A DNA stretch of 64,000 nt. It comes from Kiritimatiellia bacterium (GTDB taxonomy: Bacteria; Verrucomicrobiota; Kiritimatiellia; JAAZAB01). The translations under genes were made by a program, and so were the position numbers. Each line of letters opens with the position of its first letter. Position 1 is the first letter of the stretch. Below the pieces are notes generated by a model, which made no database searches, was not told where the DNA came from, and saw only the letters and a list, made by a program, of their open reading frames with translations. The stretch spans positions 32,001 to 96,000 of the forward strand of contig JAXGPF010000013.1 of the NCBI GenBank assembly GCA_040767085.1, given 5' to 3'. This document shows positions 47,411 through 56,448 of this stretch, in pieces.

Positions 47411-49939
47411 ATGAAAAATATCATCCCAACGAACATATCGCAAGCGCCGGCCCGGCGCTTTTTCATGTTGGCCGCATTGTGCGCCGCCGGCGTGGCGGCC
47501 TGCCGGACGGCATCAGTTGCGGCGCCGGCGGGCTTTGCCAAGCAGGCGGCCCCGGCGTCGGTCAGGGTGGATCCGACCAGCCTGCAGCAGACGGTGGACG
47601 TGGGCGCCAATCCCGCCAAGATGGAATTCAAGGTGTGGAATGCCATGCAGGCGCAGAAGATGGATTATACGATCACCCACGATGTCTGGTGGATTCGCGA
47701 CATGGTCAACAGTTCGACCATCGGCAAAGAAACCAACACGGTTGACGTGCTTTTCAACGACATGACCACCTTCCCCACCGGTGTTTACGCGGGCGTGATT
47801 ACGGTCGTCGGTCAGGACGAGGATAAAGCGTACGCGTCTACCACCCAGCATATAGACGTGGCGATTACCATCGTGACTTTGCCCGCGCCGGCTTGGATTA
47901 CGGCCAGCGACGGCGCATATGACAACCGGGTCGTGGTGAACTGGGCGCCGGTGGAGCCGTTTCCGGGCGGCTTGCGTTATTACGAAGTCTGGCGCGGCAA
48001 TACCAGGGATTTCAACGAGCAGTTTGTCATGCGCATTGTCGGCGGCCTGGAGACCAACACCTTCAACGATTCCTCGGCCCTGGCAGGCGAGATTTATTAT
48101 TACTGGGCGCGGGCGGTCAACGGGTACGGCGGGGCGGGCGTGTTGAGTCCCTATGACATCGGCTACCGCGCCCTGGGTTATCCCGAGGGAATCTGGGCGT
48201 CAGAGGGGACTTACTTTAACAAGGTGCACTTGCGCTGGGTAGGGGTTGACGGCGCGCAGTTGTACGAAATCTGGCGGGCCGATCCGGCCTGGAAACTGGT
48301 GCAGACGACCGAAACCCTCGAATATGACGATTTTACCGTGGAGGAAGGACTGCGTTACCAGTACAAGGTCCGCGCCTTGAAAAACGGGTCGGTGATTCAG
48401 CCGAGTGCATACAGCCGGGCGGTGTATGGTTACGTTTTGAGCCGGCCGTCGGGGCTGGCGGCCACCCAGGGCAGCCTGGTGGGGAAGGTGCGCTTGAGCT
48501 GGACGGCCGGGTGGGGCGCGGCGGAATACGATATCTGGCGGCTGAAAGGCGCGGTTTACGAGATGATTGGCAGCACAGCCGGCTTGACGTATGACGATCG
48601 CAACGTCACGCCCGGCGTGCAATATACCTACAGGGTCAGGGGGCGCAATACCTCCGGCGCCACGGAATTCAGCGGATCGGCCACCGGCTACGCCGGCGCC
48701 ACCGGCGGCGATATCAAAATCTGGCAACCCGTGTTCTTGCCGCGCAATTTGCGCCCGGATGCCTCGCCCCGCATGCTTTCCATGCGGGTGGGCCACTTGG
48801 GCGGCGCGCCGCTGTCCGGCGGCAACGGCAAATTGGCGGTGCGCTATTATGCCTACCGCCATGCCACTGACAGCACGACGTACCTGGGCGGCACGACCGT
48901 CAATCTCGCGCTGCAAGCCGGAGAATCCCAGGTGTTGAGCCTGCCGGGCGACTTCGTGCAGATGCGCTTGCCGGAGGACGAGTATTCCGTCTGGACGCAG
49001 GTGCTGCCGGTTTGGCCGTCGCAGTTTTCGGATACCAACCTGGCCAATAATATTGCGACCGTGAGCGGCCGCATTCAGGTGAATTCGCTGGCATCGCCGG
49101 GCTATTGGGGCTTTAACGATTACGACGGCGACGGCATCAGCGACATGGCCCTGGATATTGACGGCGCCTGGTATGCCCGCACGGTGGATGGCCGGCAACT
49201 GGGTTGGGCGGTCCGATTCGGCGCCGACCTGGCGCCGGTGTATGGCTTTGACATGGACGGCGACAATCGCGGCGAACCGATGGTGTTCCGCGACGGCAAC
49301 TGGCAGGCGATGCTCTCGGCTTCGGGTTACGCTGCCGGCGCGATCGCGGCGGATGCGCCCGGGTGCCGCGCATTGCCGGGAGATTTTACCGGCAACGGGC
49401 TCGGCAACCTGGCAGCGTATTTCCCGGCGGACGGACGTTGGTGCATCGTGGACGATGCGTTGGTTCCGCTGGTCTGGAACGAAGTGTTTGGCGGCCCGGG
49501 GATGCGGGCGGTGCCGGGGGATTACGACGGCGATGGCGTATGGGATTTGACCGTTTACAGGGAAGATTCCGGTTGGTGGTACAGCCGCCGGCTGGATGGC
49601 GCCTTGCTTTTATGGGAGCGCGCCTGGGGCGGCCCGGGTTACCAGCCGGTCATGGGCGATTACGACGGCGACGGCGTGTTTGACCTGGCGGTTTACCGCG
49701 AATCCACGGCCATCTGGCACATTCAAACCGTGCAAGGCGTGGAAATAATCCGGAATTACCGGTGGGGCGGCAATGGCCTGACGCCGGTGCCCGGCGATTA
49801 TGACGGCGACGGCTGCTGGGATTTGGCCCTGTACGAACGCGCCACCGGCAATTGGCAGGTGCGTTCGCTGACGCGCGGCACGATTCTGCCCAAGACTTTG
49901 TGGGGAGCGCCGGGATATCTTCCGGTCGGGGCGGAATAA
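47411..49939 (+). CDS. Large secreted protein: BACON/Ig-like, three Fn3-like domains, CARDB-like domain, six FG-GAP repeats
   Basis: Signal peptide; ASDGAY..RVVVNW / YYYWARAVN Fn3 repeats; DTNLANN; GDYDGDG repeats. Confidence 0.85.
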   Translation: MKNIIPTNISQAPARRFFMLAALCAAGVAACRTASVAAPAGFAKQAAPASVRVDPTSLQQTVDVGANPAKMEFKVWNAMQAQKMDYTITHDVWWIRDMVNSSTIGKETNTVDVLFNDMTTFPTGVYAGVITVVGQDEDKAYASTTQHIDVAITIVTLPAPAWITASDGAYDNRVVVNWAPVEPFPGGLRYYEVWRGNTRDFNEQFVMRIVGGLETNTFNDSSALAGEIYYYWARAVNGYGGAGVLSPYDIGYRALGYPEGIWASEGTYFNKVHLRWVGVDGAQLYEIWRADPAWKLVQTTETLEYDDFTVEEGLRYQYKVRALKNGSVIQPSAYSRAVYGYVLSRPSGLAATQGSLVGKVRLSWTAGWGAAEYDIWRLKGAVYEMIGSTAGLTYDDRNVTPGVQYTYRVRGRNTSGATEFSGSATGYAGATGGDIKIWQPVFLPRNLRPDASPRMLSMRVGHLGGAPLSGGNGKLAVRYYAYRHATDSTTYLGGTTVNLALQAGESQVLSLPGDFVQMRLPEDEYSVWTQVLPVWPSQFSDTNLANNIATVSGRIQVNSLASPGYWGFNDYDGDGISDMALDIDGAWYARTVDGRQLGWAVRFGADLAPVYGFDMDGDNRGEPMVFRDGNWQAMLSASGYAAGAIAADAPGCRALPGDFTGNGLGNLAAYFPADGRWCIVDDALVPLVWNEVFGGPGMRAVPGDYDGDGVWDLTVYREDSGWWYSRRLDGALLLWERAWGGPGYQPVMGDYDGDGVFDLAVYRESTAIWHIQTVQGVEIIRNYRWGGNGLTPVPGDYDGDGCWDLALYERATGNWQVRSLTRGTILPKTLWGAPGYLPVGAE

Positions 49940-49955
49940 CCATGTTCGTCAGCCT

Positions 49956-51302
49956 ATGACCGGTTTTATTCTCCGCCGCGTATTGCAGATGATCCCCACC
50001 GTGCTGGGCGTGATCATCATCACCTTCATCCTCTTCAATGTGGTCGGGGGCAGCCCTGCCGCCATGACGCTGGGGAAAAACATTTCCCCCAAGGCATTGG
50101 AAGATTTTGACGAGCAGCGCGGCTTCAATAAGCCGTTGTTGTGGGGGCGCTGGTCCGGCACCCGCGCTTATCCCGCGGCGGATTTCCGGCAGCATGCCGG
50201 GGCCTGGCGCGCCGTGCCGGAAGCCGTGTACCAGCCGCCGGCGGCCGGTGCGCCGGGCCTGGTCCGCCTGGCGCCGGGGCAGGCTGCCGCCATCCCCATG
50301 AATTTTCCCCCGCCGGCGGGCGGCATGTTGCGCTGGCGGTTGCGCTACCGCCTGGCGGCGGGCCGGGCGGAACTGCTGGCGGCGCCGCCGGCGGGCGGGG
50401 GGAATCCCGCTGTGCTGGGCGCGCTGCCGCCGGCCCGGGACTGGACGTCGCGCGCGCTGGTCTTCACCAATCCCGCCCTGCCGGCGGTCCTGCTGCTGCG
50501 GGCGGCGGAAGCGCCGCTGGAAATTGCCGCCCTGCGCCTCGAGCGCGCCAACCGCGGCTGGCTGGACTCCCAGTTCTTTTTTTATCTCCGGCAACTGGCC
50601 CGGCTGGATTTCGGCGTCTCCAATTATTCCAACCAGCGGGTGTCGCAGATGCTGCGCGAAGGCATTCTCCCGTCGCTGACCTTGACCGTGCCGATTTTCT
50701 GCGGCAGTCTGCTGGCGTCAATTCTGACCGCGCTGGTCTGCGCGTTCTTCCGCGATACCTGGCTGGACCGCGGGATCGTGGTGGCGGCGGTGATGCTGAT
50801 GAGTCTGAACTACCTGGTTTGGATTATTTTCGGCCAGTACCTGCTGGCTTACCGCGCGGGCTGGTTTCCCATCTGGGGCTATGAATCGTGGCATTACCTG
50901 GTCCTGCCAGTGGTCATCGGCATCGTCAGCGGACTGGGTGAAAACATCCGGTTTTACCGGACGATCATGCTGGATGAACTCTACCGGGATTACGTCCGCA
51001 CGGCCTTCGCCAAGGGCGTCAGCCGGCGCGGCGTGCTGTTCCGGCACGTGTTGAAAAATGCCATGATCCCCATCCTGACCAATGTGGTGATTGCCATACC
51101 GTTTCTCTACACCGGCAGCCTGTTGCTGGAGGGATTTTTCGGGATTCCCGGTTTGGGCGGCATGAGCATCAATGCCTTGAATTACTCTGACGTGGACGTG
51201 GTGCGCGCGGTGGTTTTCATCGGCGCGGTGTTGTATGTCTTCGCGAACCTGCTGACGGATATCGCCTATGCCCTGGTGGATCCGCGGGTCAAACTGAGTT
51301 AA
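49956..51302 (+). CDS. Opp/Dpp ABC permease (OppB-like) with a large inserted extracytoplasmic domain
   Basis: FILRRVLQMIPT, LDFGVS, DYVRTAFAKG, HVLKNA, DPRV. Confidence 0.9.
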   Translation: MTGFILRRVLQMIPTVLGVIIITFILFNVVGGSPAAMTLGKNISPKALEDFDEQRGFNKPLLWGRWSGTRAYPAADFRQHAGAWRAVPEAVYQPPAAGAPGLVRLAPGQAAAIPMNFPPPAGGMLRWRLRYRLAAGRAELLAAPPAGGGNPAVLGALPPARDWTSRALVFTNPALPAVLLLRAAEAPLEIAALRLERANRGWLDSQFFFYLRQLARLDFGVSNYSNQRVSQMLREGILPSLTLTVPIFCGSLLASILTALVCAFFRDTWLDRGIVVAAVMLMSLNYLVWIIFGQYLLAYRAGWFPIWGYESWHYLVLPVVIGIVSGLGENIRFYRTIMLDELYRDYVRTAFAKGVSRRGVLFRHVLKNAMIPILTNVVIAIPFLYTGSLLLEGFFGIPGLGGMSINALNYSDVDVVRAVVFIGAVLYVFANLLTDIAYALVDPRVKLS

Positions 51303-51313
51303 AACAGATCGAT

Positions 51314-52297
51314 ATGCATGATCATCCACAATCCATGGCAGCGCCCTTGTCGCTGTGGCGCGACGCCTGGGGCCGGCTGCGCGGCCGGCGCCTGGCCCGG
51401 TGGTCGCTGGCGGTGATCGTGGGCTACGCGGCGCTGGCGGTTTATGGCGAAGCGGTGTACCGTTTTTACCGCTGGCGCGACTGCACCCCGCCGTACCAGG
51501 CCGTGGCGCTGGAACAAGCGTACCTGCCGCCCAGCTTCTGCCGCCGCCCCTGGACGCCGCCGGCGGAGCCCGGCGCGCCGGCCTGGCGCGCGCCTCTGCA
51601 GGCGGCGCGGCGCCTGCTGCAACATCCGCTGGGCACGGACAATCTCGGCCGTGATGTGTTGCAGCGCATCATCCAGGGCGCCCGCATTGCCTTCCTGGTG
51701 GGGATTATCACCTCCTGCATTGCCATTCCGATTGGCGTTTTGCTCGGCAGCCTGGCCGGGTATTTCGGCGGGCGGGTGGATGATTGCATCGTCTGGATTT
51801 ATTCCACTTTCGCTTCCATCCCCGGCCTGCTGTTCATCCTGGCGATTGCCATGGTGGCGGGCCGCGGTTTGGCCGGGGTCTATCTCGGCATCGGTCTGAC
51901 CACCTGGGTGGGATTGTCGCGGCTGATCCGCGGCGAGGTGCTTAAGCATAAGCGCCGGCCCTACGTCCTGGCGGCGCAGGCCCTGGGCATGAGCCACGCC
52001 AGGATCATGTTCCGCCATATTCTACCCAATATTTTTCACGTGGTCATCATTACCTTTTCCCTGCGGTTCCCTGCCGCCATCTCCACCGAAGTGTTCATGA
52101 GTTTCCTGGGCATCGGCGTCCAGGGTGAGCCGTCCTGGGGCATCATGATCAGCAACGCGCGCCTGCGGCTGTGGCAGGGCATGTGGTGGGAGCTGACTTT
52201 CGTCACGCTGGCGATTTTCCTGATCGTGCTGGCGTTTAACCTGCTGGGCGACGCCCTGCGCGACGCGCTTGATCCGCGCCTGCGCTCGGCGGAATAA
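51314..52297 (+). CDS. Opp/Dpp ABC permease (OppC-like)
   Basis: HPLGTDNLGRD, RHILPN, SFLGIG, GDALRDALDPR. Confidence 0.93.
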   Translation: MHDHPQSMAAPLSLWRDAWGRLRGRRLARWSLAVIVGYAALAVYGEAVYRFYRWRDCTPPYQAVALEQAYLPPSFCRRPWTPPAEPGAPAWRAPLQAARRLLQHPLGTDNLGRDVLQRIIQGARIAFLVGIITSCIAIPIGVLLGSLAGYFGGRVDDCIVWIYSTFASIPGLLFILAIAMVAGRGLAGVYLGIGLTTWVGLSRLIRGEVLKHKRRPYVLAAQALGMSHARIMFRHILPNIFHVVIITFSLRFPAAISTEVFMSFLGIGVQGEPSWGIMISNARLRLWQGMWWELTFVTLAIFLIVLAFNLLGDALRDALDPRLRSAE

Positions 52298-52326
52298 CAC
52301 GAGTTTCATGGAAGGAGTGCGCGGCC

Positions 52327-52953
52327 GTGGCTGAACGTCTGAAAACGGGCATTGCCGCCGTGTTGTTCGACTTCGACGGGACGCTGACGCGCCCCGGCGG
52401 CATTGACTTCGCCGCCATCAAGCGCGACATCGGCTGCCCGCCGCCGGTGTCCATCCTGGAATTCCTGGAAGAATTGCCGGGTGAACCGCGGCGGCGGGCG
52501 CAGGTCGTGCTGGAGCGTTACGAGGCCGATGCGGCCGCCGCCGCGCAGCCCAACGAAGGCGCGGAAGATTTGATTGACTGGCTACGCGGCCGCGGCATGC
52601 CCATGGGCTTGCTGACGCGCAACAGCCGTGCTTCGGTGCGGGCCGCGCTGGCCAACTTCGCCCGCGTGGCGCTGGAGGATTTCGCCGTGATCGTCACGCG
52701 CGCCGACGTCGCCCGGCCCAAACCCCACCCCGAAGGCGTACACCTGGCCGCGGCGCGCCTGCGCCTGCCGGCCGCGGCGCTGGCGGTGGTGGGCGATTAC
52801 CGCTTTGACATCGAAGCCGGCCGCCAGGCCGGCGCCGTGACTTTTTTCCTGACCAACGGCCAGTCGCCGCCGCCCGGTCTGGCGGCGGATGTGTTTGTAA
52901 ACTCCCTCAAGGAATTGCCCGCGCTGCTGGCCGGCGGATACGCAGTACTATGA
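52327..52953 (+). CDS. HAD family hydrolase
   Basis: FDFDGTL, LTRN, KPHP, VGDYRFD. Confidence 0.9.
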   Translation: MAERLKTGIAAVLFDFDGTLTRPGGIDFAAIKRDIGCPPPVSILEFLEELPGEPRRRAQVVLERYEADAAAAAQPNEGAEDLIDWLRGRGMPMGLLTRNSRASVRAALANFARVALEDFAVIVTRADVARPKPHPEGVHLAAARLRLPAAALAVVGDYRFDIEAGRQAGAVTFFLTNGQSPPPGLAADVFVNSLKELPALLAGGYAVL

Positions 52954-53933
52954 TTTCCAATCTGCCAAACTCCGGCGCGGCGCCCCTGCTGGCCGTGGAA
53001 GATTTGCGGTTTTACTTCCGCGCGGCGCGCGCGCCGATCCGGGCCGTGGACGGCGTCTCGTTCGATGTGGCGGCCGGCGAAACCGTGGCGCTGGTCGGCG
53101 AGAGCGGATCGGGCAAGAGCGTCACCGCCCTGTCCCTGGCGCGGCTGGCGGGCGGCGCCGGTTACTTCGCGGGCGGGCGGGTATGGTTTGACGGGCGCGA
53201 CCTGGTCCGGCTGCCGCCGGACGAGTTGCGGCGGCTGCGCGGCGCGGCGATATCGTATGTCTTCCAGGAACCGTCCACCTCGCTCAATCCCGTGTTCCGC
53301 GCCGGCTGGCAGGTGGCGGAAGCGTTGCGGCTGCATCGGCGCGGCCTGGACGCGCGGGCCGAAACGCTGCATTTGTTTCAGATGGTGGGGCTGGCGGACC
53401 CGGAGCGTTGCTGGCGCGCATATCCGCACGAATTGAGCGGGGGTATGCAGCAGCGGGTGATGCTCGCCATGGCCCTGGCCTGCCGGCCGCGCCTGCTGGT
53501 GGCCGACGAGCCGACCACGGCGCTGGATGTGACCGTGCAGGCCCAGATTCTGGAGTTGCTGGTGCGGCTGCAGGCGGAACTGGGCATGGCGGTGCTGTTG
53601 ATCACGCATAACCTGGGTTTGGTGGCCGGGGTGGCGGCCCGGGTGAACGTCATGTACGCCGGCCGCATCGTGGAAGCGGGGCCGGCGGCGGCGGTTTTGC
53701 GCGCGCCGGCCCATCCCTACACCCGCGGTCTGCTGGACGCGGTGCCGCGCCTGGGCGCCGCCGGCGTGGAATTGACGGGCATACCCGGCGCCGTGCCGCA
53801 CCCGGCGCGGTTGCCGGCCGGCTGCAAATTCCATCCGCGCTGCCCGCAGGCGCGGCCGGCATGCCGGCGCTGCGAACCGGAATTAAACGCGGCGGGAGAA
53901 GGACACCTGGTGCGATGCCCCTATTGGAAGTAA
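52950..53933 (+). CDS. Oligopeptide ABC ATPase (OppD-like)
   Basis: GESGSGKS, LSGGMQQR, DEPTTALD, HPYT, CKFHPRC. Confidence 0.94.
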   Translation: MISNLPNSGAAPLLAVEDLRFYFRAARAPIRAVDGVSFDVAAGETVALVGESGSGKSVTALSLARLAGGAGYFAGGRVWFDGRDLVRLPPDELRRLRGAAISYVFQEPSTSLNPVFRAGWQVAEALRLHRRGLDARAETLHLFQMVGLADPERCWRAYPHELSGGMQQRVMLAMALACRPRLLVADEPTTALDVTVQAQILELLVRLQAELGMAVLLITHNLGLVAGVAARVNVMYAGRIVEAGPAAAVLRAPAHPYTRGLLDAVPRLGAAGVELTGIPGAVPHPARLPAGCKFHPRCPQARPACRRCEPELNAAGEGHLVRCPYWK

Positions 53934-54895
53934 ACGATTTGCAGGTGCGGTATCCCGCCGGCCACCGCCGCTGGATCGCGGCGGTGGACGGGGTGTCGCT
54001 GACGCTGGCGGCCGGCGAAAGCGTCGGCCTGGTCGGCGAAAGCGGCTGCGGCAAGAGCACGTTAGGCAATGCCATCCTGCGCCTGGCGCCGGCCAGCGGC
54101 GGCAGCGTGCTTTTCGACGGCCGGCCGGTGGCGGATTTGCGCGGGCGTGCGTTAAACTCATTCCGCCAGCGGGCGCAAATGATTTTCCAGGATCCATACG
54201 GCTCTTTGAATCCGCGTCTGACCATCGGCGCGGCGCTGGACGAGGTGCTGGCGGTGCATCGCCGCGGCCGCCGCGGCGTCCGCCGGGAGCGGGTGGCGGA
54301 ATTGCTGCGGCAAACCGGGTTGGAACCGGATTACGCCCGGCGCTATCCGCACGAATTAAGCGGCGGGCAGCGGCAGCGGGTCGGGATTGCCCGGGCCCTG
54401 GCGCTGGGGCCGGAATTGATTATTGCCGATGAGCCGGTGTCGGCCCTGGACGTTTCCGTGCAGGCGCAGATTCTGCGCCTGATGCGCGACTTGCAGCGCG
54501 CTGCCGGCCTGGCCTGGCTGTTTATCGCGCATGACCTGGCGGTCGTCAATTACATGTGCCAGCGGGTGTATATCATGTACTTCGGCCGGATTATGGAATC
54601 GGGACCCGCCAACGAACTCTTCCGCCGGCCGGCGCATCCTTATGCCGAGGCGTTGCTGGCGGCCGTGCCTTCGGTGGAGTCCGCTGCCGCCCGTTCTCCG
54701 CGCCGGGTGCTGCAGGGCGAAACACCCGCGGCGGGCGCCGCGATCGCCGGTTGTCCGTTCCATCCGCGCTGTGCTTACGCCGTGGAGGTCTGCCGTGCGC
54801 AGATGCCCCCGTTGACGGAATTGGCGCCGGGCCGCTGGTGCCGGTGCCACCTGGCCGCGGCTTGGCTGGAGAGCGGTCCCCGCCGTTTGCATTGA
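53915..54895 (+). CDS. Oligopeptide ABC ATPase (OppF-like)
   Basis: GESGCGKS, FQDPYGSLNPR, LSGGQRQR, DEPVSALD. Confidence 0.94.
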   Translation: MPLLEVNDLQVRYPAGHRRWIAAVDGVSLTLAAGESVGLVGESGCGKSTLGNAILRLAPASGGSVLFDGRPVADLRGRALNSFRQRAQMIFQDPYGSLNPRLTIGAALDEVLAVHRRGRRGVRRERVAELLRQTGLEPDYARRYPHELSGGQRQRVGIARALALGPELIIADEPVSALDVSVQAQILRLMRDLQRAAGLAWLFIAHDLAVVNYMCQRVYIMYFGRIMESGPANELFRRPAHPYAEALLAAVPSVESAAARSPRRVLQGETPAAGAAIAGCPFHPRCAYAVEVCRAQMPPLTELAPGRWCRCHLAAAWLESGPRRLH

Positions 54896-54920
54896 CCTGT
54901 GCGGCGCTAAATGCTACATT
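54892..54920 (+). promoter_or_regulatory. Putative promoter of the MBOAT operon
   Basis: TTGACC-17 nt-TACATT with TG extension. Confidence 0.5.
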
Positions 54921-54990
54921 TTGTGCCCAGACATGCAGACTGGCCGGCAAGGCGGGCGGCGGCTGAAGTTCGAGAAAGTCACTCTGATTT

Positions 54991-56448
54991 ATGTTGTTTC
55001 CCACCATTGATTTTGCCCTGTTTTTTCTGATCGTCTTCGTTGCATGCTGGTGGCTGCGCCGGCGCTCGGCGATTTGGAAATGGAGCATGCTGGCCGCCAG
55101 CTACTTCTTTTACGGCTATTGGGATTGGCGGTTTGTCGGATTGCTGGTTGGGTCCAGCGCGGCCAATCACCTGCTGGCGCTGTGGATTGACCGTGCGCTC
55201 CGAGCGGGCGTGCGTCGCCTGGCGCTGGCCGCGGCGGTGACGCTCAATCTGGGCGTACTGGTGTTTTTCAAGTATGCCGCCTTTTTCGCGCAGCAGGCCT
55301 TTTGGATGCAGCACCGCTTGTTCGCCAACGCCAGCGTGGAACAATGGCTGCCGCTGTTCAACTACCTCGGCAGCATCATCCTGCCGGTCGGCATTTCCTT
55401 CTTCACCTTCCAGGCCTTGAGCTACGTCCTTGATGTTTACCGCCGGCAGATGGCGCCAGCCCGCTGCTGGATGGATTTTGCGCTGTACCTGGCGTTTTTC
55501 CCGCAACTGGTCGCCGGCCCGATCGTGCGAGCCCGCGACTTGATGGGGCAGTTGGCCGTGCCGCTGACGCCGCGGCGGCTGGATCTCGGCCGCGCCGCGT
55601 CGATGATCCTGGGCGGGCTGTTCAAGAAAATCGTGGTGGCCAATTACCTGGCGGAAAAAATAGTGGACCCGGTGTTTGCGCGGCCGGATTTGTACGGCGC
55701 CTGGGATACCATCGTGGCGGTGTACGCTTATGCCATCCAGATTTACTGCGATTTTTCGGCTTATTCGGACATGGCCATCGGCTTTTGCCTCCTGCTGGGA
55801 TTTCATATTCCCTTGAATTTCGATGCGCCGTACCTGGCCGGCTCCATCCAGAAATTCTGGCGGCGCTGGCATATATCGCTCTCCTCTTTCCTGCGCGATT
55901 ACCTCTATATCCCCCTGGGCGGGTCGCGCTGCAGCGAGGCGCGCACCTGCATCAACCTGATGGTGACGTTCCTGCTGGGCGGGCTCTGGCATGGCGCGGG
56001 CTGGACCTTTATTATCTGGGGCGCCTTGCACGGTTTTTACCTGGTGGTGGAACGGCTGGGCGGTCAGTTGCTGGCCCGGTGCGGCCGGAACTGGTCCGGC
56101 GCCGGCGCCGGCATCCTGCGGGGGCTGGCCGTCTGGCACCTGGTCTGCTTTTCCTGGCTGTTTTTCCGTTGCCAGAGTTTCGGCGGCGCGGCGGCCATGC
56201 TGCAGGCCCTGGCGCGCTGGCGGCAGCCGGTGGAATGCGTCAGCGGCATGGTCCTGGCGGTGATTGCGGTCGGATACCTGACGCAATTGCTTGACGGCCG
56301 GCGCTGCGAGCGGTGGTGGAACGTTTTCGGGCGCTGGCATCCGCTCTGGCAGGGCGCGGCGGCCGCGGCGGTGTTGACTTTGATCCTGGGGCTGGGCCCC
56401 AAGGGCGTCGCCCCATTTATTTGTTTCCTCACCAGAATTTGTGGGTGA
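54991..56448 (+). CDS. MBOAT O-acyltransferase (AlgI/PatA/DltB family); native C-terminus displaced by ISL3
   Basis: PVGISFFTFQ, FFPQLVAGPI, QIYCDFSAYSD, FWRRWHISLS, GLWHGA; original end YFQF* found at 57964-57978. Confidence 0.93.
   Translation: MLFPTIDFALFFLIVFVACWWLRRRSAIWKWSMLAASYFFYGYWDWRFVGLLVGSSAANHLLALWIDRALRAGVRRLALAAAVTLNLGVLVFFKYAAFFAQQAFWMQHRLFANASVEQWLPLFNYLGSIILPVGISFFTFQALSYVLDVYRRQMAPARCWMDFALYLAFFPQLVAGPIVRARDLMGQLAVPLTPRRLDLGRAASMILGGLFKKIVVANYLAEKIVDPVFARPDLYGAWDTIVAVYAYAIQIYCDFSAYSDMAIGFCLLLGFHIPLNFDAPYLAGSIQKFWRRWHISLSSFLRDYLYIPLGGSRCSEARTCINLMVTFLLGGLWHGAGWTFIIWGALHGFYLVVERLGGQLLARCGRNWSGAGAGILRGLAVWHLVCFSWLFFRCQSFGGAAAMLQALARWRQPVECVSGMVLAVIAVGYLTQLLDGRRCERWWNVFGRWHPLWQGAAAAAVLTLILGLGPKGVAPFICFLTRICG

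Noticed and set aside
44722-49939. Repeats as a CRISPR array or diversity-generating retroelement
   Set aside because: They are degenerate protein-coding repeats; no cas or reverse transcriptase gene is present
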